NCBI GenBank assembly: GCA_016180285.1
Contig: JACPBO010000005.1
Coordinates: forward strand, 48,189-112,188
Reading direction: 5' to 3'
DNA length: 64,000 nucleotides
Source: Candidatus Woesearchaeota archaeon
GTDB taxonomy: Archaea > Nanobdellota > Nanobdellia > Woesearchaeales > JACPBO01
A model generated the notes under the pieces. It had not been told where the DNA came from, did no database searches, and saw nothing but the letters and a program-made list of their open reading frames with translations. Of the stretch, positions 37,049 through 45,581 are shown piece after piece (the first letter of the stretch is position 1; the number at the start of each line of letters is the position of its first letter). Made by a program: the position numbers and the translations under genes.

Positions 37049-38308
37049 ATGATCATTGCAGACCTGCATTTACACAGCCGCTTTTCAAGGGCAACAAGCA
37101 AGGATCTCACTATTCCGAACCTTGAGAAATATGCCAGAATAAAGGGCTTAGATGCTCTTGGAACAGGGGATTTTACGCATCCGGAATGGCTCAATGAATT
37201 GAAAAAAGAGCTGGCTGAGGATGGAAAAGGCATTTTAAAGACAAAAACCGGATTTAATTTTGTTCTTCAGGCAGAAGTCTGCAATATTTACAATCAAGGC
37301 AATAAATTAAGGAAAGTGCATAATATAATCCTCGCTAAAAGCTTCGAGGTTGTTGATCAGATAAATGAACTGCTGTCAAAAAAAGGCAAACTTAAATCTG
37401 ACGGAAGGCCTATCTTCGGCTCTTATTCCTGCATTGAATTAGTTGATGATTTGATGAAGATTGACAATGATATTGAGATCATACCGGCGCATTGCTGGAC
37501 GCCTTGGTTCGCTATCTTTGGTTCCATGTCCGGCTTTGATTCAGTCGAAGAATGCTTTATGGAAAAGACAAAATACATCCATGCTTTGGAAACAGGGATG
37601 TCAAGCGATCCTGCAATGAACTGGCGATTATCAACATTGGATAAATTCTCACTTGTTTCAAACTCTGATTCGCATTCTTACTGGCCATGGCGCATTGGAA
37701 GAGAGGCAAATGTTTTCGAATTGAAAGAGCTGACTTATAAGAGCATAATCAATGCTATAAGAACAAAGCAGGGCTTTAAGGAGACTGTTGAAGTTGATCC
37801 TGGCTATGGCAAGTACCATTATGACGGGCATCGCCTCTGCAATGTCTGCATGTCTCCATCAGAATCAATAAAATTAAAAAATATCTGCCCGAAATGCGGC
37901 AGGAAACTGACCATAGGCGTAGCGCACCGCATTGAAGAGCTGGCAGACAGGCCTGAAGGATTTGTTCCAAAAGGCGCAGTTCCGTTCAAAAAATTAATTC
38001 CATTGTCAGAGATAATATCTGCGGTAATTGGATCAGGGATAGCGACTGCAAAGACGTGGAAGATCTATAATGACCTGATTGCCCAGTTTGGAAATGAGTT
38101 CAATATTTTATTGAATGCAGAAGAAAAAGAGCTGCTTAAGGTTGTGGATGAAAAGACTGCAAAAGCGATCATTGGCAACAGGGATGAGAAAATAAAGATC
38201 CAGCCGGGCCATGACGGAGAATATGGCTATCCTGTTTTAAGCGAGAAAGACATGAGAGAAGTAAAAGAGACTAAAAGAATACAGAAGGGCTTGTCGGATT
38301 TTATGTGA
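37049..38308 (+). CDS. Endonuclease Q-like PHP-domain nuclease with zinc finger
   Basis: N-terminal PHP motif ADLHLHSRFSRATS, further His/Asp metal ligands, and the Zn finger CNVCMS...CPKCGRK. Length and architecture match archaeal EndoQ. Confidence 0.65.
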   Translation: MIIADLHLHSRFSRATSKDLTIPNLEKYARIKGLDALGTGDFTHPEWLNELKKELAEDGKGILKTKTGFNFVLQAEVCNIYNQGNKLRKVHNIILAKSFEVVDQINELLSKKGKLKSDGRPIFGSYSCIELVDDLMKIDNDIEIIPAHCWTPWFAIFGSMSGFDSVEECFMEKTKYIHALETGMSSDPAMNWRLSTLDKFSLVSNSDSHSYWPWRIGREANVFELKELTYKSIINAIRTKQGFKETVEVDPGYGKYHYDGHRLCNVCMSPSESIKLKNICPKCGRKLTIGVAHRIEELADRPEGFVPKGAVPFKKLIPLSEIISAVIGSGIATAKTWKIYNDLIAQFGNEFNILLNAEEKELLKVVDEKTAKAIIGNRDEKIKIQPGHDGEYGYPVLSEKDMREVKETKRIQKGLSDFM

Positions 38309-38913
38309 TTTTTATGGACATAACAAAAGAGAGAATAAAAAATTTAGAAATGATTTTAACCCCGGTAAAAGAAAAGAAAGGAGCAATTCTACAAACAGTG
38401 TGGGGGTTAGGAAAAGTTGCTTGCGAACTTTATCTTGAAATTGAAGGCATTTACATTCCAATTCTAAATAAATACTTACAAATTTCTGGGTATATTGACA
38501 TGTTTAATGGCAGTGTAAGGCTGGCAAAATGTGACCAACCAGCTAAATTCAAAAGCGCAGAGACTTGGATTTATAAAATGCTTAAACTTCCTACTATAAA
38601 AAGCCTGTTTGAGAAAGGCGATGATATTTCCATTGACAAGATCACACAAATACATGACTTATGCAGAAGGCTCGATGTAAAGGTTGAAAACGGCCGCAGT
38701 AAAAAGTCTTACCCTCCCTATCTGATGTTGAAACTTGAAAAAACCCATATTGGAATGGCGTACGGCAAAAGATTTGAATTCAGGGAATATATTACTGATG
38801 AGTTTATCGAGAGGAATTCAGCTGTTATTAAAGAAATTTATAATGCGTTATTTAAAATGTACAATGAAAAAATTGAGGGATTTGACAAATGGAAAAAACA
38901 ATTAAACATTTAA
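38305..38913 (+). CDS. hypothetical protein
   Basis: A 202-aa protein whose start overlaps the EndoQ stop (ATGA). Confidence 0.3.
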   Translation: MIFMDITKERIKNLEMILTPVKEKKGAILQTVWGLGKVACELYLEIEGIYIPILNKYLQISGYIDMFNGSVRLAKCDQPAKFKSAETWIYKMLKLPTIKSLFEKGDDISIDKITQIHDLCRRLDVKVENGRSKKSYPPYLMLKLEKTHIGMAYGKRFEFREYITDEFIERNSAVIKEIYNALFKMYNEKIEGFDKWKKQLNI

Positions 38914-39506
38914 AAAAACAATATAAGGATAAAAGCTCTGAAATAAAGAAAAGGCTAGAGGAATTTAAAAAAACCGGCAAAAAAGATGTTGAAGATCTTT
39001 TCGTTGAGCTGTGCTACTGCTTATGCACTCCATTGAGCAAAGCGGAAAGGGTGATTCAGGTCATTAATTCCAAAAATAAAACTATTTTATTGAAAAAAGG
39101 CAAAAAAGAGCTTGAAAATATATTAAGAAGGCATGTAAGATTCCACAAGAATAAGTCAAAGTACATAATTGAAGCGAGAAGATTGTTGAAAAGATTAAAA
39201 GAACTTTCAAAAAATCCTGATGAAGCGAGGGATTTTCTTGTTGAAAACATCAAAGGATTGAGCTTCAAGGAGGCATCGCATTTTCTAAGAAATATTGGAT
39301 ACGGAGGATTAGCTATAATAGACGGGCATATTTTAAACTGCCTAAAAGAGCATGGTGTTTTGAAAAGCAACAAAAGGCCTAAAAATAAAAAGGAATACCT
39401 TGAAATTGAAAACAAAATAAAAGAATTTGCTGAAAAAGCAAGAATACCGGTTGATGAGCTTGATCTGCTGTTCTGGAGCAATAAGACCGGGAAAGTGCTA
39501 AAATAA
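38889..39506 (+). CDS. Archaeal Ogg2-type 8-oxoguanine DNA glycosylase / AP lyase (HhH-GPD superfamily)
   Basis: GLSFKEASHFLRNIGYGGLAIIDGHIL matches the HhH plus catalytic Lys/Asp region of the Ogg2 family. About 205 aa, as in MjOgg. Confidence 0.6.
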   Translation: MEKTIKHLKKQYKDKSSEIKKRLEEFKKTGKKDVEDLFVELCYCLCTPLSKAERVIQVINSKNKTILLKKGKKELENILRRHVRFHKNKSKYIIEARRLLKRLKELSKNPDEARDFLVENIKGLSFKEASHFLRNIGYGGLAIIDGHILNCLKEHGVLKSNKRPKNKKEYLEIENKIKEFAEKARIPVDELDLLFWSNKTGKVLK

Positions 39507-39532
39507 GTTTTTATGCGCAATGTCAGAATTTA

Positions 39533-39991
39533 TTAAAATGTATTTTTAGGTTTATGGATTCTTGTTTTAATGCCAATTTTCTCAGTTGCTTTTTTGAATT
39601 TGTCTAGATAATCCTTAAAAACAATTGCAGTTGGAGATTCTCCTGCCTCCACATTATACCTAAAATAGCTTCTTATGTTTTTTGTTACAATATTAAGCCG
39701 AGGTATTTGGCTTCTAGGACTGTCTGTTAATGAATTACCGCCACATGAAACTCCTGTGAATTCTCCAGTCCTCCTATTGTCCATAGAATATACATAAAAC
39801 GAGAAACATGCTTGATCAGAGCCAGGATATTGATATTTTAATATAGCCAACACATCTCCCCTTTGTTCTTTTTCTAGATTTGGCTTTATATTTTTTTGAT
39901 AGAACTTGACTATGGGCGGCACATCGGAGACTGAAGGGTCTAGTATTTCATTAAAGATATACACATCAATTGTTTTATAAGCAGTTTTCAT
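39533..39991 (-). CDS. hypothetical protein
   Basis: A 152-aa protein with no motif. Confidence 0.3.
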   Translation of the reverse strand: MKTAYKTIDVYIFNEILDPSVSDVPPIVKFYQKNIKPNLEKEQRGDVLAILKYQYPGSDQACFSFYVYSMDNRRTGEFTGVSCGGNSLTDSPRSQIPRLNIVTKNIRSYFRYNVEAGESPTAIVFKDYLDKFKKATEKIGIKTRIHKPKNTF

Positions 39992-40031
39992 AATTTTGTT
40001 GAAAGGAATATTAACTGTATTTTAAATTTTC

Positions 40032-41447
40032 TTATTTCTTCTTCGACAGCACTTCCACAACCCATTCCTTCTTTGCTGTTGTTTGGCCGTCAGAAACCGT
40101 TACTGAGATCTTCTTTGTCCCTGATGCTGTGAATTTCCTTGTTATCGCGTCTTTTCCTTTGCGCGTATCCAGAAATCCAAGATGCCAGGAATAAGTCAGA
40201 TTGTCATTATCAGGGTCTGAAGCATTTACGCTGAACCTCACCTTTGCGCCGACATATGCTTTTATCTTTTCTCCAGCTGGCTCATAATCATTTATTACAG
40301 GCGCTCTGTTTGCATCCTTGACTGTTAATGTGAAATTCTGCGTTGCATTAAGGCCGCTGCTGTCCCTTGCCGTGAAGGTTATATTGAATTTCTTCTGCCT
40401 TACTTTTACATCTTCATGCGATACAACACCATAATTTGGCTTGTAAATAAACCTGTTTTCAGTCAGGCTTGAATTGTAAGGAACATTTGGAGATGAAAAT
40501 ATCGGGGCATCACCGTCTGGATCAGATGCTTTAAGGTCAATAATAACTTCATCGCCTTCCTTGACAGCGGCATTCTTTATCGGATCAAATACAGGAGCTC
40601 TGTTTACATTATTCACAATTACAGAAACATCTTTTGAATCAGATAAAAATCCGTCAGATGCCTTTACAGTTACAATATGAACTCCGGCATCATCATAGCC
40701 GGTTGTTTTTTTATTTGAATCCATCCAGCCTCTGTAGCTGTATTTTATTTTATCATTGTCAGGGTCTGCGGCAGAGGCATTTATTACAACTTCCTCGCCT
40801 TCGTTGACTGTTATTGGAGCAAGGGCAGCTAAAACAGGCTGCCTATTGGCATCGTAAACCTTTACTTTGAAATTTTTTTCAGAATATGCTGTTCTTCCAA
40901 TCGCCTTTAACTTCACATTGAATGTTTTGCTTATTTTAACAAACGGAAGATTATCTATCAATCTGGAAAACCAGTTCTTTTTGACTGTGTCATAGCCTGT
41001 GGCCATGGAAAAATGATCATTAACGAATACTGCACCTTCCGGCAGGCTTACTGCGCTTATTGTTACATGATCGCCGTCAAGATCATAAGCGCTTGCATCA
41101 AATGATGCATCCTGTGTTTCGTTTACAGCAGCAATCCTGGCTGGATTAAATATCGGCGGCCTGTCAATATCTATGACTTTTATGTTTAAATCCTCTGAGA
41201 TAACAAACTCGCCGTCAGAAACAGAAACAAAGCTTCTGTAATCACCTGACTGGTTGAAATCAGGACGCCATTCCCCTTTTGAGTTTAAAGGCGGGGCATA
41301 GCTTATTGTTACTTTGTCTTTGTCAGGGTCATAAGCATTTACTTTGACTTTCAGCAGCTTTCCTTCATCAACTGTGAGATTTGCAGCAGCGAATACATAA
41401 ACAGATAAGACTATTATCAAAACTAAAAAAAGTGATAATTTCTTCAT
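40032..41447 (-). CDS. Secreted protein with repeated cadherin-like/He_PIG-type Ig domains
   Basis: Signal peptide, then several roughly 90-aa repeats such as VSVSDGEFVISEDLNIKVIDIDRPP, TVKASDGFLSDSKDVSVIVNNVNRAPVF and SVTVSDGQTTAKKEWVVEV. Confidence 0.55.
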   Translation of the reverse strand: MKKLSLFLVLIIVLSVYVFAAANLTVDEGKLLKVKVNAYDPDKDKVTISYAPPLNSKGEWRPDFNQSGDYRSFVSVSDGEFVISEDLNIKVIDIDRPPIFNPARIAAVNETQDASFDASAYDLDGDHVTISAVSLPEGAVFVNDHFSMATGYDTVKKNWFSRLIDNLPFVKISKTFNVKLKAIGRTAYSEKNFKVKVYDANRQPVLAALAPITVNEGEEVVINASAADPDNDKIKYSYRGWMDSNKKTTGYDDAGVHIVTVKASDGFLSDSKDVSVIVNNVNRAPVFDPIKNAAVKEGDEVIIDLKASDPDGDAPIFSSPNVPYNSSLTENRFIYKPNYGVVSHEDVKVRQKKFNITFTARDSSGLNATQNFTLTVKDANRAPVINDYEPAGEKIKAYVGAKVRFSVNASDPDNDNLTYSWHLGFLDTRKGKDAITRKFTASGTKKISVTVSDGQTTAKKEWVVEVLSKKK

Positions 41448-41574
41448 TAGCGCCTTACCCCCATAAAAATTATAAAATAAAAATTAAAAATGTCAAAAAT
41501 TTTCCAACAATCTTGGATTTGTGGCTGAAAGCCAATTCCCTTTTCCGATTGTGAAAATTTTTGAGCATGTTCAA

Positions 41575-41636
41575 AAACCACCTGATGCTGTAAATTGTAG
41601 TAACACGCCACCCATCTATGATGGGTGGTTTTTGAC
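41575..41636. repeat. Intergenic repeat copy B (inverted relative to copy A) containing the palindrome CCACCCATC-TAT-GATGGGTGG
   Basis: Direct comparison with copy A. It lies between the two paralogous Ig-repeat genes. Confidence 0.6.
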
Positions 41637-41639
41637 AAA

Positions 41640-42908
41640 TTAACCCTGCGTTACATCGCCGATTACAGGCGGCCTGTTGACATCTTTCACTGAAACTTTC
41701 AGATCCTGGCTGACACTCTCCTTGCCGTCGCTTACTGTTACTCTGACATTGTATATTGCGGTGCATCCCTTTGCATTGCATCCTTTTGGATACGCGTCAT
41801 CATATGTTGTCTGATAGCTTGATGAATCCGTCCATCCGCTGAATGTGATTGTTAAAGCATCTCCATCAGGGTCAGCTGCATCCACATTAATTTTCACAAT
41901 CTCGCCTTCATTCACTGAAATGTCATTTATCTTTGCAAGCACAGGCAGCTTGTTGCTTTCAATAACATCGATTGCAACTGTTTTTGTTGCAACATCCTTG
42001 CCATCTGAAGCGGAAACTGTTATTGTATAAGTTCCTGCATCCCTGTAGCCTGTTTTCCATGTTCCTGTTGCCAGAGGAGCGGAGATTGTGACATCAACCT
42101 TGTCGCCATCCGGGTCAATAACAATAGGCCTTACTTCAACTGTTTCGCTTGCCTTCACTTTTATCGGATCAATGTCCTGGATTACCGGCGGCCTGTTTAC
42201 ATTTGCAACATTTACTGTCCATTCCTTTGAAGCTTCTAAAGCGCCGTCAGAAACAGCAACAGTCACTTTATGCTGGCCTGCAGAGTCATAGCTCAGATCA
42301 TACAGATAAAGGTCTTTTGTTGAAACTTCCTTGTCATCAACTTTCCATAAATACATCAAAGCGTCCTTATTCGGATCAGAAGCTTCAACTTTAAATTCAA
42401 TTGTTTTTCCTTCATCGCTGTTTGCTATCAGATCAGAAGGCTTAAATGATGTAATTGTTGGAGCCTTGTTTGTCTTCTTTACAATTATTGTTATGTCTTT
42501 TGAAACACTTGTTGTTCCGTCTGAAACGGTTATTGTAACCCTATATTCGCCCATATCTCCGAGCTTCGTCTGCCACTCTCCTTTCTCGTTCAATGGCGGG
42601 CCGAATGTATAGGTTAAAGCATCTCCATCAGGGTCAGCTGCAACAAGCTTTATCTTCACCATATCGCCTTCGCTGACTGAAATAGTTGTCAATGCTGCCA
42701 GCTCCTGCGGAGGCTCTTCATGCTGCGGGGTCATATTTGCTGTTGCCTCTCCATTTGCAGGCTGCGTTGCATTCAAAGGCGCAATAACGCCTGTTCCATT
42801 CGAAGCAGGAACCAACCCCGGAAAATAATCCGGATATTTGTAACAGCCAGCTAACAGCAGAACTACACTCAACAAAATTAAATATCTTACACCCCTCATG
42901 TTTTCCAC
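41640..42908 (-). CDS. Secreted lipoprotein with repeated cadherin-like/He_PIG-type Ig domains (paralog of 40032..41447)
   Basis: Lipobox LLAGC, then repeats such as VTITVSDGTTSVSKDITIIVKKTNKAPTI, VAVSDGALEASKEWTVNVANVNRPPVI and VTVSDGKESVSQDLKVSVKDVNRPPVI. Confidence 0.55.
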   Translation of the reverse strand: MENMRGVRYLILLSVVLLLAGCYKYPDYFPGLVPASNGTGVIAPLNATQPANGEATANMTPQHEEPPQELAALTTISVSEGDMVKIKLVAADPDGDALTYTFGPPLNEKGEWQTKLGDMGEYRVTITVSDGTTSVSKDITIIVKKTNKAPTITSFKPSDLIANSDEGKTIEFKVEASDPNKDALMYLWKVDDKEVSTKDLYLYDLSYDSAGQHKVTVAVSDGALEASKEWTVNVANVNRPPVIQDIDPIKVKASETVEVRPIVIDPDGDKVDVTISAPLATGTWKTGYRDAGTYTITVSASDGKDVATKTVAIDVIESNKLPVLAKINDISVNEGEIVKINVDAADPDGDALTITFSGWTDSSSYQTTYDDAYPKGCNAKGCTAIYNVRVTVSDGKESVSQDLKVSVKDVNRPPVIGDVTQG

Positions 42909-43025
42909 CCCATTTCAAAGTAATTATCTATTGTTTCCATTTCATAATAATAACTAATATATAAAGATTTTGGTGATTTAGCAGATAAATGCAAAGGCGG
43001 GGTATTAAACCATTTTAACAGCATA

Positions 43026-43068
43026 ATTAAATAAATTAAATAAATAAATTAAATAAATCCAGCCAAAC
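43026..43068. repeat. AT microsatellite (aaataaatt)n
   Basis: Tandem units aattaaataaattaaataaataaattaaataaat. Confidence 0.6.
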
Positions 43069-43150
43069 ATGGCTTCGACGGTTTTTGCTATGCAAAAACC
43101 TACTCGGCACCCCGTAAGGGACAACCCCCGCCTCGTCTCGCCATGGCTGG
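43059..43150 (+). ncRNA. GC-rich structured element (candidate small ncRNA or structured 5' leader), unclassified
   Basis: A long-range helix pairs CCAGC..CATGGC (43059-43073) with GCCATG..GCTGG (43140-43150). Inside it are a 9-bp hairpin GGTTTTTGC-tat-GCAAAAACC and a GNRA-type hairpin CCC-GTAA-GGG. Local GC is far above the genome background. Strand is assumed. Confidence 0.2.
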
Positions 43151-43226
43151 ATTGTCACACTGCACATAAAAAACTTCAATTCGCAAAATAAAAACATTTA
43201 TATAGAAACCCCTTATTTCGAACGCT

Positions 43227-43328
43227 ATGAAAAGAAGCTCACGCAGGTGGAAGAAGAAAAGGCAGATGAGATGGAAGTGGCAGCGCAAGAGAATGAAGCG
43301 CGAGAAGAGAAGAAGGGCAAGAAAGTAG
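43227..43328 (+). CDS. rpl41e: 50S ribosomal protein L41e (eL41), 33 aa; below the ORF-track size cutoff
   Basis: MKRSSRRWKKKRQMRWKWQRKRMKREKRRRARK matches the archaeal L41e pattern MKRxxRKWKKKxRMRWKWxKKRxRR. Confidence 0.65.
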   Translation: MKRSSRRWKKKRQMRWKWQRKRMKREKRRRARK

Positions 43329-43382
43329 CAGTTTGAATTCTACTAAAATCAGTTATGTCCAATTTGGAATCAGCTAATAAAA

Positions 43383-43401
43383 AATAAGGCAAAATTGTTT
43401 T
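43383..43401. repeat. 17-bp inverted-repeat arm (aataaggcaaaattgtt)
   Basis: Perfect reverse complement of 43817..43833. The pair brackets gene 43400..43759 and its promoter. Confidence 0.5.
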
Positions 43402-43759
43402 AATTAATTTTTATATTGCAATTAGTAGGCATATCAATCATATAATAAAATGGACCGCATGTATTACCATGAAGATAATTTGTGCTTTTGTTGTGATTTA
43501 AATTTAAATCACCACAAATTTTATCCAATTCCTTAGCTTGCTCATTAACCCTCTTTCTAGCTTCTTGTGCTAGTTTTTCTTCTCTTTCATTTAACTCTCT
43601 GTTTTCATAATCAGTTCTAGTGGATGATCCATTACTTAACAGATACACGATAATTAATTTCTTATCTGTTGTAATATTAAGCTCATAAGGCCTGCTTAAT
43701 GTAACAAGCTTTCCATCTAAACTTAATTCATTTGATTTGAGATTAATCTTTACTCGCAT
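43400..43759 (-). CDS. hypothetical protein bracketed by 17-bp inverted repeats
   Basis: A 119-aa protein with no motif. Confidence 0.3.
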   Translation of the reverse strand: MRVKINLKSNELSLDGKLVTLSRPYELNITTDKKLIIVYLLSNGSSTRTDYENRELNEREEKLAQEARKRVNEQAKELDKICGDLNLNHNKSTNYLHGNTCGPFYYMIDMPTNCNIKIN

Positions 43760-43816
43760 AATATTGGAATTAGTAAGAAGTTTATAAATTTTTGCATATT
43801 GATTTTACAGGATAAT

Positions 43817-43833
43817 AACAATTTTGCCTTATT
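43817..43833. repeat. 17-bp inverted-repeat arm (aacaattttgccttatt)
   Basis: Perfect reverse complement of 43383..43399. Confidence 0.5.
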
Positions 43834-43907
43834 TTTCTTATTTTAGTGCGCCGACAATTTCCAAAAAAACAACAAACTTTAAATAATCCTGAATTAAAAA
43901 TACGCTT

Positions 43908-44447
43908 ATGAATAAGATAGTCAAAAAAGACATAATAAATATCATTGATGACGGGCTGATTCTCATAGATCAGAAGAACTTTGCTGGCCTTAAAAAGATA
44001 AGCAACCACACAATACATAATGCATCCATATTCCAGGACAGGGATTCCATCTCGATTGCAATTGTGATGTATGCATTGTCAAAAATAATGGAGAGAACGG
44101 GCAGCATAAATGCGGAGATAGTGAAAAAATTAAAAGATGCTTACGGGCTTTTAATGAAAAATAAAGCAGAAGAGTATCAGGATGCCATTAAGAATATCCT
44201 TGAGTTAATTTCCAAGATTGATGTTAAATTAAAACAGTATATGGATGAAGTTATAAAGCAGGCTGAGGTAAAGAAAAGCAGCAAGCTGTACGAGCACGGC
44301 ATCTCGATTGCGCAGGCTTCTGAGCTGCTGGGGATATCCCAGTGGGAGCTGATGAGCTATATAGGAAAGACCAGCATAACAGAAGAAGGCAAAATAACCG
44401 ATATAAAAAAAAGGCTCGAATTGGCAAGAAATATTTTTGGTGCTTGA
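43908..44447 (+). CDS. UPF0175-like HTH protein (putative antitoxin-like partner of the downstream PIN-like gene)
   Basis: The C-terminal ISIAQASELLGISQWELMSYIG resembles the UPF0175 HTH. Its stop overlaps the start of the next gene. Confidence 0.4.
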   Translation: MNKIVKKDIINIIDDGLILIDQKNFAGLKKISNHTIHNASIFQDRDSISIAIVMYALSKIMERTGSINAEIVKKLKDAYGLLMKNKAEEYQDAIKNILELISKIDVKLKQYMDEVIKQAEVKKSSKLYEHGISIAQASELLGISQWELMSYIGKTSITEEGKITDIKKRLELARNIFGA

Positions 44448-45147
44448 TATGAAATCATTGGTTTTTGACAGCGGCCCGATAATAAGCTTAAGCGTTAACA
44501 GCTTATTGTGGATCGTTGAGAAGCTGAAAGAAAATTTCAAAGGCGAATTTTATATAGCGAATATGATAAAATACGAGCTTGTTGACCGGCCTTTAAATAC
44601 AAAAAGATTTGAGTTTGAGGCAATACAGGTGCTGGACCTTGTAAACAAAGGCGTATTGAATGTTGTCGAAAATGAAATTATAAAAAACAAGGGAATGGAG
44701 CTGCTGGATCTGGCCAATCACTGCTTCACGGCTCAGAATAATTGCATAAATATCGTTCATTTGGGGGATGCTATGTCAATAGCAGCAGCCATTGTTCTTG
44801 ATGCTGAGGCCTTGATAATAGATGAAAGAACTGTCAGGCTTTTGATAGAGAATCCGGAAAGATTGGAAAAACTGCTGAAAAATAAACTAAACACGAAGAT
44901 AGAAATAAACAGAGAAGCCCTTTCAAAATTCAGAAAAGAAACTGAAAATCTAAAAATAATAAGGTCTGTTGAATTGATTGCTGTCGCCTATGAGCTGGGA
45001 TTTTTGGATAAATATGTCATAAAGACAATTCCTGAGCCTCAAAAAACCCTGCTGGATGCTGTATTGTGGGGCTTAAAGGTAAGGGGCTGCGCAGTCTCCT
45101 CGAAAGAGATCAACAAAATAATAAAAATCGAGACGAGAAAATCCTGA
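44437..45147 (+). CDS. PIN-like domain protein
   Basis: The N-terminal LVFDSGPIISL has the typical first acidic PIN motif. Further D/E positions are downstream. Larger than canonical VapC. Confidence 0.4.
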   Translation: MVLDMKSLVFDSGPIISLSVNSLLWIVEKLKENFKGEFYIANMIKYELVDRPLNTKRFEFEAIQVLDLVNKGVLNVVENEIIKNKGMELLDLANHCFTAQNNCINIVHLGDAMSIAAAIVLDAEALIIDERTVRLLIENPERLEKLLKNKLNTKIEINREALSKFRKETENLKIIRSVELIAVAYELGFLDKYVIKTIPEPQKTLLDAVLWGLKVRGCAVSSKEINKIIKIETRKS

Positions 45148-45261
45148 TTTATAGACGTAAAATCGAAAAGTATTTAAATAAGCGGGCTTATCATTTAGAA
45201 CATAAGACTAACATCATAGGGGGTGTGTCTTATTAGCCTAAAATAAAAGGAGGTAGATTAA

Positions 45262-45489
45262 ATGGCAGAACAAATAGCAAAAGTTGGAGTAAAGAAAGAA
45301 AAAGGATATCTGTATTTTGTGGACAAGAAAGGAAACGTAGCAAGAGCCAAGATGGCCCGCGGAAAGAAAAAGGGCAAGGCAAAGATCGAAGTTGTCGCAA
45401 AATGCAGCATTAAGAAAAAGTCAGGATACTTGTATTTCATTGACAAGAAAGGCAATGTATCGGCCGCAAAGATGGCGAGAGGAAGATAA
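45262..45489 (+). CDS. Small basic protein with an internal tandem duplication (KKxGYLYFxDKKGNVxxAKMARG, two copies)
   Basis: Two copies of a roughly 32-aa unit. Preceded by a strong AAAGGAGG ribosome-binding site. Confidence 0.4.
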   Translation: MAEQIAKVGVKKEKGYLYFVDKKGNVARAKMARGKKKGKAKIEVVAKCSIKKKSGYLYFIDKKGNVSAAKMARGR

Positions 45490-45581
45490 GGCTTCTGATT
45501 CTTTTTTTATTTTTTTATTTAATTTCTAAATCATATTTTAAAACAAAAACTATAAAAACAGCAGAGAAATAACTCCCCATT

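Noticed and set aside
35735-41636. Interpreting the 61-nt inverted repeats as terminal inverted repeats of a transposon
   Set aside because: No transposase or integrase gene lies between them, and the content is DNA-repair and adhesin genes. Copy B sits between two paralogous genes rather than at a cargo boundary. They are better treated as an intergenic repeat family or inversion substrate.
43059-43150. GC-rich element considered as an SRP (7S) RNA fragment, a tRNA or a C/D-box sRNA
   Set aside because: It is far too short for SRP RNA and is flanked by AT-rich DNA. No cloverleaf can be drawn, and no RUGAUGA/CUGA boxes are present. It is kept only as an unclassified structured element.
43100-43288. 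62-aa ORF 43100..43288 (-)
   Set aside because: It overlaps the GC-rich structured element and the L41e gene on the opposite strand. The translation is an implausible Phe/Leu-rich string.
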